Origin: a virus | Length of the DNA stretch: 64,000 bases | Reading direction: 5' to 3' (one strand) | IMG/VR virus record: IMGVR_UViG_3300037310_000404 | Span: 32,001-96,000 of that record | In this document: one piece after another, positions 21,186 through 30,830 of the stretch | Layout of the letters: the number at the start of each line of letters is the position of its first letter | Numbering within the stretch: position 1 is the first letter of the stretch | Position numbers and translations under genes: made by a program | The notes under the pieces: model-generated | Told to the model about the DNA's origin: nothing | The model's database searches: none | What the model saw: the letters and a program-made list of their open reading frames with translations, nothing else

Positions 21186-23783
21186 ATGGATAAGCCAATA
21201 TTTTTTGATCATCAGTTAATAAAGCCTTCGGACTTAGACTTTATGAGCGAGTCTTATACCAAGGCTATTGATGAAAATTTTACTGTTTTTTCTAACAGCG
21301 CGGCCGGGTTAGTTTCTGGTTTTAATATCACCGGAACAGTCGGGTCAAGCCAATTCTCCGTTTATGCTGGGGTTGCATATAATAATGCCGGAGAAAGGCT
21401 GCAAACTTATGCCACGTCAGGCGTGGTTATATCGTTTACTGGTACAAAAAATATATATGCTCGTCTAACCTCTGTATCTTATGACCCAAATCCAGCAACA
21501 AATCCAGGCGGCCCCAGCAACATTACTCAGTCGTTAAATCCAGACACAAATGCGTTGGTTGATACTAGATCATATAGCTATACCTATATAGATAGCACCG
21601 GCACAAGCTCCGATGTTGTGATTGGAACAGTTACCGCAGATTCTCTGTCTAAGTTCGTGTCGTCCAGCTCAAGTGGATCTCAGCACCTGCAGATTGCTGG
21701 CATGATAGATGTTTATGATGGAACTCTTGATCAGAGCGCATTTCAAATAGGAACAATTGATTCTGATAAATTCAATAATCCATTAAACTATACGATCAAC
21801 CTGAACACCGGAGTTGGCATCAATCTTGTTGGGAGCGGCTCCAACAGCATTGGTTCATCCACCAATCCGTTGGCTAACATCTATTCCAACAACGCCACGT
21901 TCCACCAAATCAATGGAATGTCACCAATTATCATAGATTCATTGTCTATGAAGCCGGGTGCAAGCATTAACCCGACATCTGGCCCGCTTATTTTTGATCA
22001 AAATGGTCTCGGTACTCAATTCGGCGGTTCCATACAGACTAATGAAATAAATGTTGGATTAAGCGGAAATATTCTTTTATATACACCAACTGGAAATATA
22101 ACCATACAGGCTGTGAATGGCGACGTCTCCGTAGCATCCGATCTGATCGTTGGTGGAGATATTCAGGCCGCAGGTGGCGCAAGCTTCCAGGATGGACTAA
22201 CTGTTTCTGGCGGCATAACGAATTTTGTTGGCAGCACTGTCGTTTTGAATCATGCCTCAGTTGATAAGAACTTAATATTTAATTCAGATTTTTCTATGGG
22301 TCTTCCGTTATACTATACCGGAACCAGCGTATTCAATAATCCTGGAAATAATATTGTAAACTTTAAGAGCGGATTAACAATTTTCTCACCTTGGGATGCC
22401 AGGTATTCTGGCACACTAATTCCTTATGCTTGGAACTTCTCTGGAACTCCCGGGTCAGTATTTAAGAATGGTACTTCTGAAGTTAACAGCGATGCCATTG
22501 GAATAAATGAAGTGCAGTCACTTATATTTACTCCGGCTCCAGGAACGGGAACATTCCAGATCCAATATACTGGAATACCGGCTCTGTTCTGGCCTAGCGG
22601 TACTGGTATTATCGCCACGACATCTACTCTAAACTATGATTCGACTAATATCCAGGTTCAAAGTGCTTTAGAAAATCTTGCAAACATAGGAAGCGGAAAC
22701 ATTACCGTTGCCGGTACAATGAGTGGTGGATTTTTCTTAACCTTTGGAAACGATCTCGGGTTTAAGAATCTTCCCCTTATATCGGTAGTCAATAATACTC
22801 TTTTGACAGGAGTAACTACATCGGTTGCCATTATATCAACGGTAACAAATGGATATACGCCTGTTTTCAATGCAATGAAGGATCAGTCTGTCTACACTGA
22901 TATTCCTAGATTGAATCACTACGCCCTGGTAAGCGGAAATAACGTGACCTCGGCGAGTGGCATATATTTTTCCGCGCCAATAGCGAACAGTAAGCCAGAC
23001 ACGACGTATAATGTCAGTTTATATTACAAATCGTTGCTTAGTGATTCCAATATTAATATTGGCGCTGCAATATCTGATTCAACTAATCCAAACGCCGTAG
23101 TCACAACCGGGTCTTATGTAAATTTTGATAAGACTAATAACTTCGCAACTTGGCAGAGGTTGTCAACAACGGTTGTTTCTCCGGGTATAACTGGTAATTT
23201 CCAAAACTTATTATTCCAAGTAAACTCTAGTGGTCTAACAACTAATACAGCGGCCATTGAGATTGCGGGTATCCAGATTACTGAGGGTGCAGACCTATTC
23301 CCATATTCAAGCGAAGATTCTGTTCGCTTCAGAATGTATGATCCGACTGGATTTATTGCATCTACGGGTGGATGGTCAGCACCAGTTTATGATTCTGCAA
23401 ATCATCTAACCTATAGAAACAGGGGTCTCGCCACCAACGAAAAGGTGTTGCTGGTTTCTGGATCGTTTTATTCTCCCGGTGGAATGGCTTCCATCATAGC
23501 CCAGGATACTTCATCACCCGGGCAGCATGTATATAAAACATTGCTGATAGACGGAACCCCTGTTGCATCTAGTATGAATAGGGATCCTGGCTTATGGCAC
23601 GCTGATTCTGTAGCATCAACTCAATATATACAAAAGGGTAAACATAACGTAGCATATATGTGGATTAATGGTGGCTCGGATGGCGCTCTTTGCTATATTA
23701 ATCTGTCCGGAAACGCATGGAGTCCAACAAGCATTGAGGGTATGATGATAACGGCCCCAAAGATAGAAGTCGTATTCCACTAA
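21186..23783 (+). CDS. Tail fibre/spike, more distant paralog 3
   Basis: FFDHQLIKPSDLDF N-terminus, GVAYNNAGER, NLIFNSDF CBM-like motif, QITEG..PY motif. Confidence 0.6.
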   Translation: MDKPIFFDHQLIKPSDLDFMSESYTKAIDENFTVFSNSAAGLVSGFNITGTVGSSQFSVYAGVAYNNAGERLQTYATSGVVISFTGTKNIYARLTSVSYDPNPATNPGGPSNITQSLNPDTNALVDTRSYSYTYIDSTGTSSDVVIGTVTADSLSKFVSSSSSGSQHLQIAGMIDVYDGTLDQSAFQIGTIDSDKFNNPLNYTINLNTGVGINLVGSGSNSIGSSTNPLANIYSNNATFHQINGMSPIIIDSLSMKPGASINPTSGPLIFDQNGLGTQFGGSIQTNEINVGLSGNILLYTPTGNITIQAVNGDVSVASDLIVGGDIQAAGGASFQDGLTVSGGITNFVGSTVVLNHASVDKNLIFNSDFSMGLPLYYTGTSVFNNPGNNIVNFKSGLTIFSPWDARYSGTLIPYAWNFSGTPGSVFKNGTSEVNSDAIGINEVQSLIFTPAPGTGTFQIQYTGIPALFWPSGTGIIATTSTLNYDSTNIQVQSALENLANIGSGNITVAGTMSGGFFLTFGNDLGFKNLPLISVVNNTLLTGVTTSVAIISTVTNGYTPVFNAMKDQSVYTDIPRLNHYALVSGNNVTSASGIYFSAPIANSKPDTTYNVSLYYKSLLSDSNINIGAAISDSTNPNAVVTTGSYVNFDKTNNFATWQRLSTTVVSPGITGNFQNLLFQVNSSGLTTNTAAIEIAGIQITEGADLFPYSSEDSVRFRMYDPTGFIASTGGWSAPVYDSANHLTYRNRGLATNEKVLLVSGSFYSPGGMASIIAQDTSSPGQHVYKTLLIDGTPVASSMNRDPGLWHADSVASTQYIQKGKHNVAYMWINGGSDGALCYINLSGNAWSPTSIEGMMITAPKIEVVFH

Positions 23784-23789
23784 TATTTG

Positions 23790-23817
23790 TTGATTAAAAA
23801 ATGGTTTTTGGTATAAT
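23790..23817 (+). promoter_or_regulatory. Sigma70-type promoter TTGATT-N16-TATAAT with extended -10 (TGG)
   Basis: Read directly from the sequence, upstream of 23854. Confidence 0.7.
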
Positions 23818-23853
23818 AAATAAAGTTCTTAAAAATGGAAGGATGGCTGCGTA

Positions 23854-25368
23854 ATGATTAAAATTAACAGCGCTCAGGAAAAGTTTTTATTGAAATTAAT
23901 AAAAGAAGGTAAAACTAGGGATGAATGCAAAAGTCGTTTCCAAAGGCAGTTTAAGAGGGATATATCTTATGAAAAACTGAGACAAATAGCTGTTAAGTTC
24001 GGAAAATCGTTCAAGGCTAATACCGGACATTTTGATGAGGCGAAAAGGATATTTATTCAGAGTTTGATTAAAAAAGGCATGAGTCAGAGTGAGTGCAGGG
24101 CCGCCTTTAAAGAAAAATTCCATTCAATCATTGCAAGTGAAACTCTTAGAAGACAAGCTGTATTGGCCGGCCATCCATTCTCGGGAAAACATAAAAACGA
24201 GTTCAGCGAAGATGAAATTTCCATTCTAAGAGGAGCACTTCTTTTGAAAAAAAGGCCAACGCAATTAAGAAATGAACTCTCATCAAGAAACGCAAGTAGC
24301 ATAGAGAGCAAAATGAAAAAACTTAGGGCTGATGGTGTTGTTGGAGATGATGTCAGATCATCTATTGTAAAAGATATACGCAGCGGTAAGACCAATGAAC
24401 AATTAGCAAAAAAATACGGTATAAGCGTAAAGTATCTCAATGAATTTAGACGCGAACATGTGGTAAGGTCGCAGGTTGAAATTGAAAATCTTAAGCGCTG
24501 GGAAGAGGCAGATGTAAATGAGGTTCTTGATCTCATTGAAACGGCCCAAGAAAAGTTAAACAAGATAAGCTCAGAACAAGCAGAAGCTAACATAAAAATT
24601 ACTACGAACAACAAATATGTCGCTCTTGCATTCATTAGCGATATTCATCTTGAAAATGTAAATACTGATATTCGTCAGCTTCGCCAGGACATCGATACGA
24701 TTCGAAACACTAAGGATTTCTACGTCGGTTTTGGTGGCGATTTAGTTGACAACTTTATGGTAGGGCCTCACAAAGAGGGGACCGTGGAAGCTGTTGTCCC
24801 ACCGAAGGCTGCCAGAATTGCTGCTGGCAAGCTTTTTGATTCAATGAAGGGCCGTGTTCTCTGGACCATTATCGGCTGCCATGATGCATGGGATGCTAAT
24901 TACGCCGACTACAATCTTCCTGAGCATATCGCCAGAAAGCTCCGCGCTCCATATCTTGGCCATGGTGGAGATATTAACCTAACTTTGCAGAGAAATGGAT
25001 CGAACAAGATAGCAAGGTACAGTCTTCACGCCAGGCATAAGTATCGCGGATCTTCGAGTGGAAACGGAACCGCACCTTGCAAGCGAATTCTAACTGACAA
25101 AGATCCAAAGTTCGATATTGTTGCCATTAGCCATAATCACTTTGCCGAGATTAAGATAGAGCACTTCCTTGGCAAGAATCGCTGTTTCATAAGAACCGGA
25201 TCTTATAAAAAAGAAGATCGCTATAGCAAACAACTAGGATACGACAGCAATGACTTTAATGCCAAAATCCCTGTAGTGATTCTAAATACCGAAAACAAAG
25301 AAATGAAGATTGTTTCAGGTATTTCGAATGCTGCTGATATGCTGAAGGCTCTAAACAAAACAAAATAA
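23854..25368 (+). CDS. HTH-repeat fused calcineurin-like metallophosphoesterase
   Basis: Motifs SDIH, GGDLVDN, GCHD, HARH and SHNH. The basic N-terminus has two imperfect repeats plus Myb-like and HTH segments. Confidence 0.75.
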   Translation: MIKINSAQEKFLLKLIKEGKTRDECKSRFQRQFKRDISYEKLRQIAVKFGKSFKANTGHFDEAKRIFIQSLIKKGMSQSECRAAFKEKFHSIIASETLRRQAVLAGHPFSGKHKNEFSEDEISILRGALLLKKRPTQLRNELSSRNASSIESKMKKLRADGVVGDDVRSSIVKDIRSGKTNEQLAKKYGISVKYLNEFRREHVVRSQVEIENLKRWEEADVNEVLDLIETAQEKLNKISSEQAEANIKITTNNKYVALAFISDIHLENVNTDIRQLRQDIDTIRNTKDFYVGFGGDLVDNFMVGPHKEGTVEAVVPPKAARIAAGKLFDSMKGRVLWTIIGCHDAWDANYADYNLPEHIARKLRAPYLGHGGDINLTLQRNGSNKIARYSLHARHKYRGSSSGNGTAPCKRILTDKDPKFDIVAISHNHFAEIKIEHFLGKNRCFIRTGSYKKEDRYSKQLGYDSNDFNAKIPVVILNTENKEMKIVSGISNAADMLKALNKTK

Positions 25369-25383
25369 TTCTCTGGTTTAAAA

Positions 25384-25800
25384 ATGAAAAAGCTTGTTTA
25401 CTTGTCGGGTATGATGGATGGCGTAAGTGCCGAAGAGGGAAAGGCCTGGAGAAAAAAGGCCACAGAATTCCTCAGAGAACATGGTTTCGATACGTATAAC
25501 CCCTACGATGGAGAGGAATACGAGGACAAAACCAATGCCAACGAAATAGCGCACAGGGATATATACTATTTGGATAAGTGCGACATAGTATTGGCCAACT
25601 TAGATTTACCTGAAACTCTAGAGAATAAGAAAATACCTTTCTTTACCATCGGCGAGATGTTTTTGGCAAATCGGCAAAGAAAACCAGTAGTTGCCTATAC
25701 GAACTGTTTAAAAGGGAGACCTGGCTATGACTTCGTAGTAACGAAATCTTTTAAGAATCTGGAAGACAGCCTCGATTATATCGTGGCAAATTATTTATAA
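25384..25800 (+). CDS. Nucleoside 2-deoxyribosyltransferase / nucleotide N-glycosidase family protein
   Basis: VYLSG, YNP, RDIYYLDKCDIVLANL, TIGEMFLA (catalytic Glu) and KPVV. Confidence 0.75.
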   Translation: MKKLVYLSGMMDGVSAEEGKAWRKKATEFLREHGFDTYNPYDGEEYEDKTNANEIAHRDIYYLDKCDIVLANLDLPETLENKKIPFFTIGEMFLANRQRKPVVAYTNCLKGRPGYDFVVTKSFKNLEDSLDYIVANYL

Positions 25801-25815
25801 GGTGGTCATGAGACC

Positions 25816-26202
25816 TTGTTTGAAAAGATTTCCTCGCGAGATTTAAGAAAAATCCCTGTCTACCTTGGCAAACGCCTCCTTATTTGCGAAGTCCCGGAAA
25901 CTCATGTCGAAATGAAAGAGGGGCTTAAGCATAGACCTATCTTGTTTGAACATCATGGTATGTTGTTTGATACTGGATCAAGATATCAACCGCTGTTTAC
26001 TATGAGAGATGTCCTTGTTGACTTAGAAGCAATATTTATTGGAGTTGATTACAAGATCAAAGATATAGTTCCAATGAGACGTATGGATGCATCAACAGCG
26101 TATACAACACCATTGAGAGTTCCGATACGATATGTTATGGAGTTGAATAAGGGTTACTGCAAAAAATACGGGATCTCTATAGGTGATGTAATACGAGTAT
26201 GA
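25816..26202 (+). CDS. DUF192 family protein
   Basis: EGL..R, GMLF, FTMRDV, L..IFI and YVMELNKG..GISIGD. TTG start. Confidence 0.8.
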   Translation: MFEKISSRDLRKIPVYLGKRLLICEVPETHVEMKEGLKHRPILFEHHGMLFDTGSRYQPLFTMRDVLVDLEAIFIGVDYKIKDIVPMRRMDASTAYTTPLRVPIRYVMELNKGYCKKYGISIGDVIRV

Positions 26203-26621
26203 AAAAACCAATAAAAAAATCATTAAAGAAGCAAAAGATCCAAAGCGACTCAACAACGGATGAGCTTATTAAGAGCAACATCAAGTTGTTTCAGCTATGT
26301 AATGAACTAAGTAACAGGGTATTTAGCACTGAGATCGCCACTCAAAAACTGGCGTCTAAAATGCAGGGCCTTGAAAAAGATAACATGGAATTGAGAAAAG
26401 TCCTGGATTTGATAGGTGAAAAGATTAAAGAAATAAAAGATGACATGATTGGCCCTGATGATGACCAAGATACTCCGGATCAAAACACGAGCGTATCTCC
26501 GGCTAAGAATATTCCACTTCACGACGATGTTACAGTAATGTGCAGTGTTTGTGATAAGGTATTCCATTCTTCTCTGAAAAAATGCCCAAATTGCGGCTTC
26601 AATAGAAAAGAAAGTAGGTAA
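26199..26621 (+). CDS. Coiled-coil protein with C-terminal zinc ribbon
   Basis: CSVC...CPNCG. Confidence 0.6.
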   Translation: MKKPIKKSLKKQKIQSDSTTDELIKSNIKLFQLCNELSNRVFSTEIATQKLASKMQGLEKDNMELRKVLDLIGEKIKEIKDDMIGPDDDQDTPDQNTSVSPAKNIPLHDDVTVMCSVCDKVFHSSLKKCPNCGFNRKESR

Positions 26622-26627
26622 CTATGA

Positions 26628-27356
26628 ATGTTTGGAATAGATCTAAAATACACAATTAATTGGTGGAAAGATGCCTTAGGCCTTTCCAAGCCAAATCCTC
26701 CAGTCCAGCCGCCAAGCCCTGCAAAACCAGAAATTGTAACTCCTTCGCCAGCGATCAAAACACCGACCGGTGTCGAGCTTCAGTTTAATCCAGGAAACGT
26801 TGTTACGGATGAAGATTTTTCCAATTGCGACTCAATGAGCGAACAAGATATCCAGGACTTTTTTGTCAGAAAGGGCGGCGTTATTTTGCCAAACTATTCT
26901 ATAAATGGGCATCTTGCGTCTTATTGGTTTTATAAACATTCAAAAGATAATGGAATTAATCCAAAAGTAATCATCACTCATTTGCAGAAAGAACAAGGGG
27001 CCGTTACTCGTAAAACTCCTTTTGCCAAACAGAGAACGTATGATTATTTAATGGGCGTAGGAGCAACTGATAGCGGCGATAATCCGAAGTGGGCTGGCGC
27101 AGATAATCAAATACTTGGGGCAGTTTTAACTACAAAGAAGTGGTTCGATAAAGGGAAATTAAATAAATATCCATATATCATGTCGGTGTCTGATAGACCA
27201 AGTTTGCCAATAGAAAATGCGGCGACTTTTAGTTTATATAAATACACGCCATGGGTTGGTGACATTGATAAGCAAATCGGTAAAAATCTGTATAAGGTTC
27301 CGTTTGGAAATTATCTTTTCTGGAAAATATACAACTCCAAAACATTTTGGGGCTAA
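26628..27356 (+). CDS. Putative cell-wall hydrolase (lysozyme-like)
   Basis: MSEQDIQDFF and GINPKVIITHLQKEQG resemble an uncharacterised lysozyme-like family. The assignment is tentative. Confidence 0.35.
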   Translation: MFGIDLKYTINWWKDALGLSKPNPPVQPPSPAKPEIVTPSPAIKTPTGVELQFNPGNVVTDEDFSNCDSMSEQDIQDFFVRKGGVILPNYSINGHLASYWFYKHSKDNGINPKVIITHLQKEQGAVTRKTPFAKQRTYDYLMGVGATDSGDNPKWAGADNQILGAVLTTKKWFDKGKLNKYPYIMSVSDRPSLPIENAATFSLYKYTPWVGDIDKQIGKNLYKVPFGNYLFWKIYNSKTFWG

Positions 27357-27379
27357 TCTAACCACGAACTGGCGGTGTC

Positions 27380-28054
27380 ATGGAAGTCGCCTACATTGCA
27401 CCAAGAATCATATATGCTAAATTTAATAGCAAGGAGCACCTCTGCACGGCTCTCCTTCGAGTGGTAGAGTATTACGAAAATAGGCGGTTTCATAATAAGA
27501 AAGTATCGTATAGGGAATACGTAAAGTGGTATAACGATACTAAACCGGCAATAGATAAACCATACAACAAGTCGTTTTTTGGAATGTTTTTGCCGGGAAG
27601 TTACTTCCGCCAATTCCTAAAAAACTATTCTCTAAAAGATCTCACTGTAAACGAGAGAGACCTGATAGAAAACTTGAAAAAATCTATTGGCAATGAATTT
27701 TTAAAGAGCAGAAAAAGATACGGTGTCATAGTTGGGTTTGAAGGGATAAAGAGCTCGACCGTAAAGCATGAGCTCTCTCATGCTATAGCATATCTTAATC
27801 CGGCGTACAGGAAGTCTATAAATAAATTAATTAAAAAGATACCAAAAGAAGAACTGGAAAAGATGCGTGGAGCGATGAGGGATATTTTAAAATATCCGAA
27901 AGAAGAGATTGATGAAGAAATAATTTCTCGACTCATAGAGAGTATCGGTTTAGATCGACTATTTTGCCGTAAACAGCTTGGAAAAAAGGTCAGAGTTAGC
28001 ACAAGGTTTAGAGATGAATTGCGAAATAACCTAAATTCATTTCTAATTAATTAA
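27380..28054 (+). CDS. Hypothetical protein with HExxH (HELSH) zincin motif
   Basis: KHELSHA followed by a downstream E. Confidence 0.5.
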   Translation: MEVAYIAPRIIYAKFNSKEHLCTALLRVVEYYENRRFHNKKVSYREYVKWYNDTKPAIDKPYNKSFFGMFLPGSYFRQFLKNYSLKDLTVNERDLIENLKKSIGNEFLKSRKRYGVIVGFEGIKSSTVKHELSHAIAYLNPAYRKSINKLIKKIPKEELEKMRGAMRDILKYPKEEIDEEIISRLIESIGLDRLFCRKQLGKKVRVSTRFRDELRNNLNSFLIN

Positions 28055-28090
28055 TTTTAATTAAAAATTTTTATAAAAATACATTATAAT
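28044..28090 (+). promoter_or_regulatory. Third copy of TAATTAATTAAT / TTTTATAAAA followed by TATAAT
   Basis: Read directly from the sequence. Confidence 0.5.
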
Positions 28091-28092
28091 AA

Positions 28093-28350
28093 ATGATCAT
28101 ATCATATAGAGAAAAGATGTATATTAGGCTTGCAAATAAGCCCAACAAGTATCCCTGGAATGCTAATCCGCATTCTAAGCTGGATTCGCCTGAGGAAAAC
28201 AATATCGAAGCTCTCGATAAAAAGAAGGTAGTAAAGATTAAGCCTGATAAAAGCCTTATGCGCCAGCAGCTAGACAAGCGTTTTATAAATTGGGAAAGTT
28301 TAAATCAATTAGCAGTACCTACTTTTGAAGAAAGCGCAAAAGGAGAATAA
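28093..28350 (+). CDS. Hypothetical protein
   Basis: ORF in a + strand operon; the true start may be the second Met. Confidence 0.5.
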   Translation: MIISYREKMYIRLANKPNKYPWNANPHSKLDSPEENNIEALDKKKVVKIKPDKSLMRQQLDKRFINWESLNQLAVPTFEESAKGE

Positions 28351-28353
28351 TTA

Positions 28354-28560
28354 ATGCTCATCAAAGACGAAGCAGAAAGTTTAGAAAAAGATGTTCTGCT
28401 TGCCAACAAAAAAGCTATGCGACAAATACTTACGCTTGGTGAGATGGTTCTTCCAAAGGAAAAGTATCCGCGTTTTCGCCAAAGCGTGTTAAATAGTTTT
28501 GGTAAATCTGGCCTTGAGACAGATATTAAAACAATTATAGAAAAATATACAGAGAAATAA
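28354..28560 (+). CDS. Hypothetical protein
   Basis: AGGAG RBS, coupled ORF. Confidence 0.55.
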   Translation: MLIKDEAESLEKDVLLANKKAMRQILTLGEMVLPKEKYPRFRQSVLNSFGKSGLETDIKTIIEKYTEK

Positions 28561-28575
28561 ACGGGAGTTTTAAAA

Positions 28576-29118
28576 ATGGCTAATCTAGTAGATATTCTTT
28601 TGCAAGTGGTTGATTCGACGGGAAATGTCCAGTCGAGCCTTCCTGCGGTTTTGTATAACCAAAGCTATTCTGATCCGTTCCATCCAATACCAACTTCTGT
28701 TCTTAGATCGGGAACCACTGACGGGTCTGGAAGGGTTATGTTCACTGGCATTGGGGCAGGAGTATATGATATTGGGGTTTCTACTAATGATGGAATTAGC
28801 TATCTTAGAAACTATTACGTAAAAAATGAATATGTGGTAGTGCCAGGAACATCCCTTGATTTTGAGTCAAGAACATATGTTGAGGCTCAGTCACAAGTGA
28901 CATCACCGGGGATTCTGACTCAGCACCCGGTTAACAATACTGGCACTGGATACTACGCGACTAATTCTGGTACTGAGGCTTTCGGTCTGCCGTTTCCGGT
29001 ATCTGGATCAGCTACAACTGTTAATGTTTCCACTACCAGAGCCAAAGAAAGCGGTAGCTCGTACTATCATTTAAACGGAAGCCAGTTGTTCCAGCAAAAA
29101 GTCAGAATGAAGGTCTAA
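28576..29118 (+). CDS. Prealbumin/SpaA-like beta-sandwich protein
   Basis: GTTDGSGRVMFTGIGAGVYDI pattern. Confidence 0.45.
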   Translation: MANLVDILLQVVDSTGNVQSSLPAVLYNQSYSDPFHPIPTSVLRSGTTDGSGRVMFTGIGAGVYDIGVSTNDGISYLRNYYVKNEYVVVPGTSLDFESRTYVEAQSQVTSPGILTQHPVNNTGTGYYATNSGTEAFGLPFPVSGSATTVNVSTTRAKESGSSYYHLNGSQLFQQKVRMKV

Positions 29119-29119
29119 C

Positions 29120-29479
29120 ATGCCAATTCTGCCTGATGGATCTGGTTCTCAATTTATAGTCCAGCAGGATAGGACCATAGATCCGTTAACAGTTCAAAGA
29201 TATTGCACCGGATGTCCGTTTAAGGCTGTAAAAACTAATGTTAGAAATCCAAGCGCCAATGGATCTACTAATCCAACGCTATGGGAAGATTCCGGGTCAG
29301 AACAAGCTCCGATGCTAAAAACTCAATATTATTGCACTTCTCCAAACTTCGATTACAAAAAAGCCATATTTTATAACGTGGCCTCGACAATAGGATTCGG
29401 ATACTGCCCATTCTTCCTGGAAAAGTGGCAGCAACTTGAGAGTAATCATGATCCGGTTGATCCGCCAAATCAATACTAA
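29120..29479 (+). CDS. Cys-containing hypothetical protein
   Basis: CTGCPF, YYCTSP and GYCPFF. Confidence 0.5.
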   Translation: MPILPDGSGSQFIVQQDRTIDPLTVQRYCTGCPFKAVKTNVRNPSANGSTNPTLWEDSGSEQAPMLKTQYYCTSPNFDYKKAIFYNVASTIGFGYCPFFLEKWQQLESNHDPVDPPNQY

Positions 29480-29488
29480 GGTGAGCAA

Positions 29489-29956
29489 ATGAACAAAAAT
29501 ACGATACATGAAAATGAGATAGCTGATATATTCGCTGCCCTTTCTGCTTTTAAGAATATTAAGACTGGTGCCAAACAAAGTCTTGAGGGTATCAGTTTTA
29601 GATATAAGACAGTTCAATACCACCTTGTTGACGATTTGTTTGAAGAGATTGCTAGAAATAATGATATATTTGGAGATGCTAAGATATATGCAGAACGCTT
29701 CTCTCTTCCTGGATATGGTAAGAAAAATCAATATCTAACTGGCGAAGAATATCAGTATGAGATTGTTATCGGAATTGAGCCAAAAGCCACCCTTGATGCA
29801 TATCACACCGAGATGCAAAACGTTCTTAACGCCATAGAAAAAAAGCATGGCGTAGATATCTATAGCGAGCCATACGAAGAAATCGAGGGCTATGGCTATA
29901 ACATCCACAAGATCATCTTCTACACTACAAAAGAAGATATATTCCCTCGCGAATAA
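29489..29956 (+). CDS. Hypothetical protein
   Basis: Coupled ORF with RBS. Confidence 0.5.
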   Translation: MNKNTIHENEIADIFAALSAFKNIKTGAKQSLEGISFRYKTVQYHLVDDLFEEIARNNDIFGDAKIYAERFSLPGYGKKNQYLTGEEYQYEIVIGIEPKATLDAYHTEMQNVLNAIEKKHGVDIYSEPYEEIEGYGYNIHKIIFYTTKEDIFPRE

Positions 29957-29967
29957 CCGGAGCTTAT

Positions 29968-30156
29968 ATGGCTAAAATGAATGGATATGAAAAATTTTAT
30001 AAAAATGACCTTGCAATAGGCGGCAATCCTCGCCTTGACGAAAGACCGTCAGCTATAAGCGATAGCATGGATACACAGCCTACAATTCAGCAGTTAAAAA
30101 AGTTTACCAAAGAAGATTTTAAAAAAATGATGCAAGTAGAAAGGGAAGAGATATAA
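29968..30156 (+). CDS. Hypothetical protein
   Basis: GGAG RBS. Confidence 0.5.
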   Translation: MAKMNGYEKFYKNDLAIGGNPRLDERPSAISDSMDTQPTIQQLKKFTKEDFKKMMQVEREEI

Positions 30157-30157
30157 A

Positions 30158-30607
30158 ATGAGCAAGTTAAATCAATTTAATGCAAACACTAATGAAGCCG
30201 TCGGCGTCGCTTTAGCGTCAAATGTCGGCAATTCACAACCAACCCCAAAAGATGGGGTTCCTGGAAATATTAACACGGCCCAGGGTGGCGAGACTATCTC
30301 CCCAGCAGGTGCCACCAGGGAATCATTGAGCGCTCCGCTTCAAGCAATACATGGAGCCCTGGTTTCCGGCGGAGAAGACCCATTATTCCAAAACAACATA
30401 CAGTCTAGCAGCCCTGGTTTAACTGGTGGCCTTGATCTGCCTGCGCGGCTTGAAGATGTTAGAGTTGGGTTCAGCTCATACGGATCAGCCGAAAATAGCG
30501 TTGGCAAGCCGGAGCAATCAGCCGCAACCGATCAGCTATATAATATACCGACCGACACGACTACCCCAAATATGGTAAATAACGTCGGCGCTAGATTCTT
30601 AAGATAA
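30158..30607 (+). CDS. Low-complexity (G/A/S/N/P) hypothetical protein
   Basis: Composition and operon position. Confidence 0.5.
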   Translation: MSKLNQFNANTNEAVGVALASNVGNSQPTPKDGVPGNINTAQGGETISPAGATRESLSAPLQAIHGALVSGGEDPLFQNNIQSSSPGLTGGLDLPARLEDVRVGFSSYGSAENSVGKPEQSAATDQLYNIPTDTTTPNMVNNVGARFLR

Positions 30608-30628
30608 TTAATATAATAAGAGGTACCT

Positions 30629-30829
30629 GTGGCAACTAATAGCGAAAGAGACTTCTATTCAGAGGCGTTCGGAGCAGCTAGGCTCAGAAACTATAATGGT
30701 TCTACAGTTTCTGAGTTTCCAAAAAACTCTGATAACACGTCGTTATCTTCTAATCAAAATATCGAATCACCAAGAAAAATTTATGGAGATAAGTTGCTCG
30801 ATGATGTAGCGACGAGATATTTGATATAA
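30629..30829 (+). CDS. Hypothetical protein
   Basis: GAGG RBS, GTG start. Confidence 0.45.
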   Translation: MATNSERDFYSEAFGAARLRNYNGSTVSEFPKNSDNTSLSSNQNIESPRKIYGDKLLDDVATRYLI

Positions 30830-30830
30830 A

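Noticed and set aside
4870-23783. Diversity-generating retroelement or shufflon acting on tail fibres
   Set aside because: I saw no reverse transcriptase, invertase, adenine-only TR/VR pair or inverted crossover sites. The repeats are diverged at the protein level.
24084-24635. Long antisense ORFs (e.g. 24084..24635, 8911..9483, 49029..49475, 35079-type overlaps on the opposite strand)
   Set aside because: They lie fully opposite well-supported genes and show the S/L/I/F bias typical of shadow frames.
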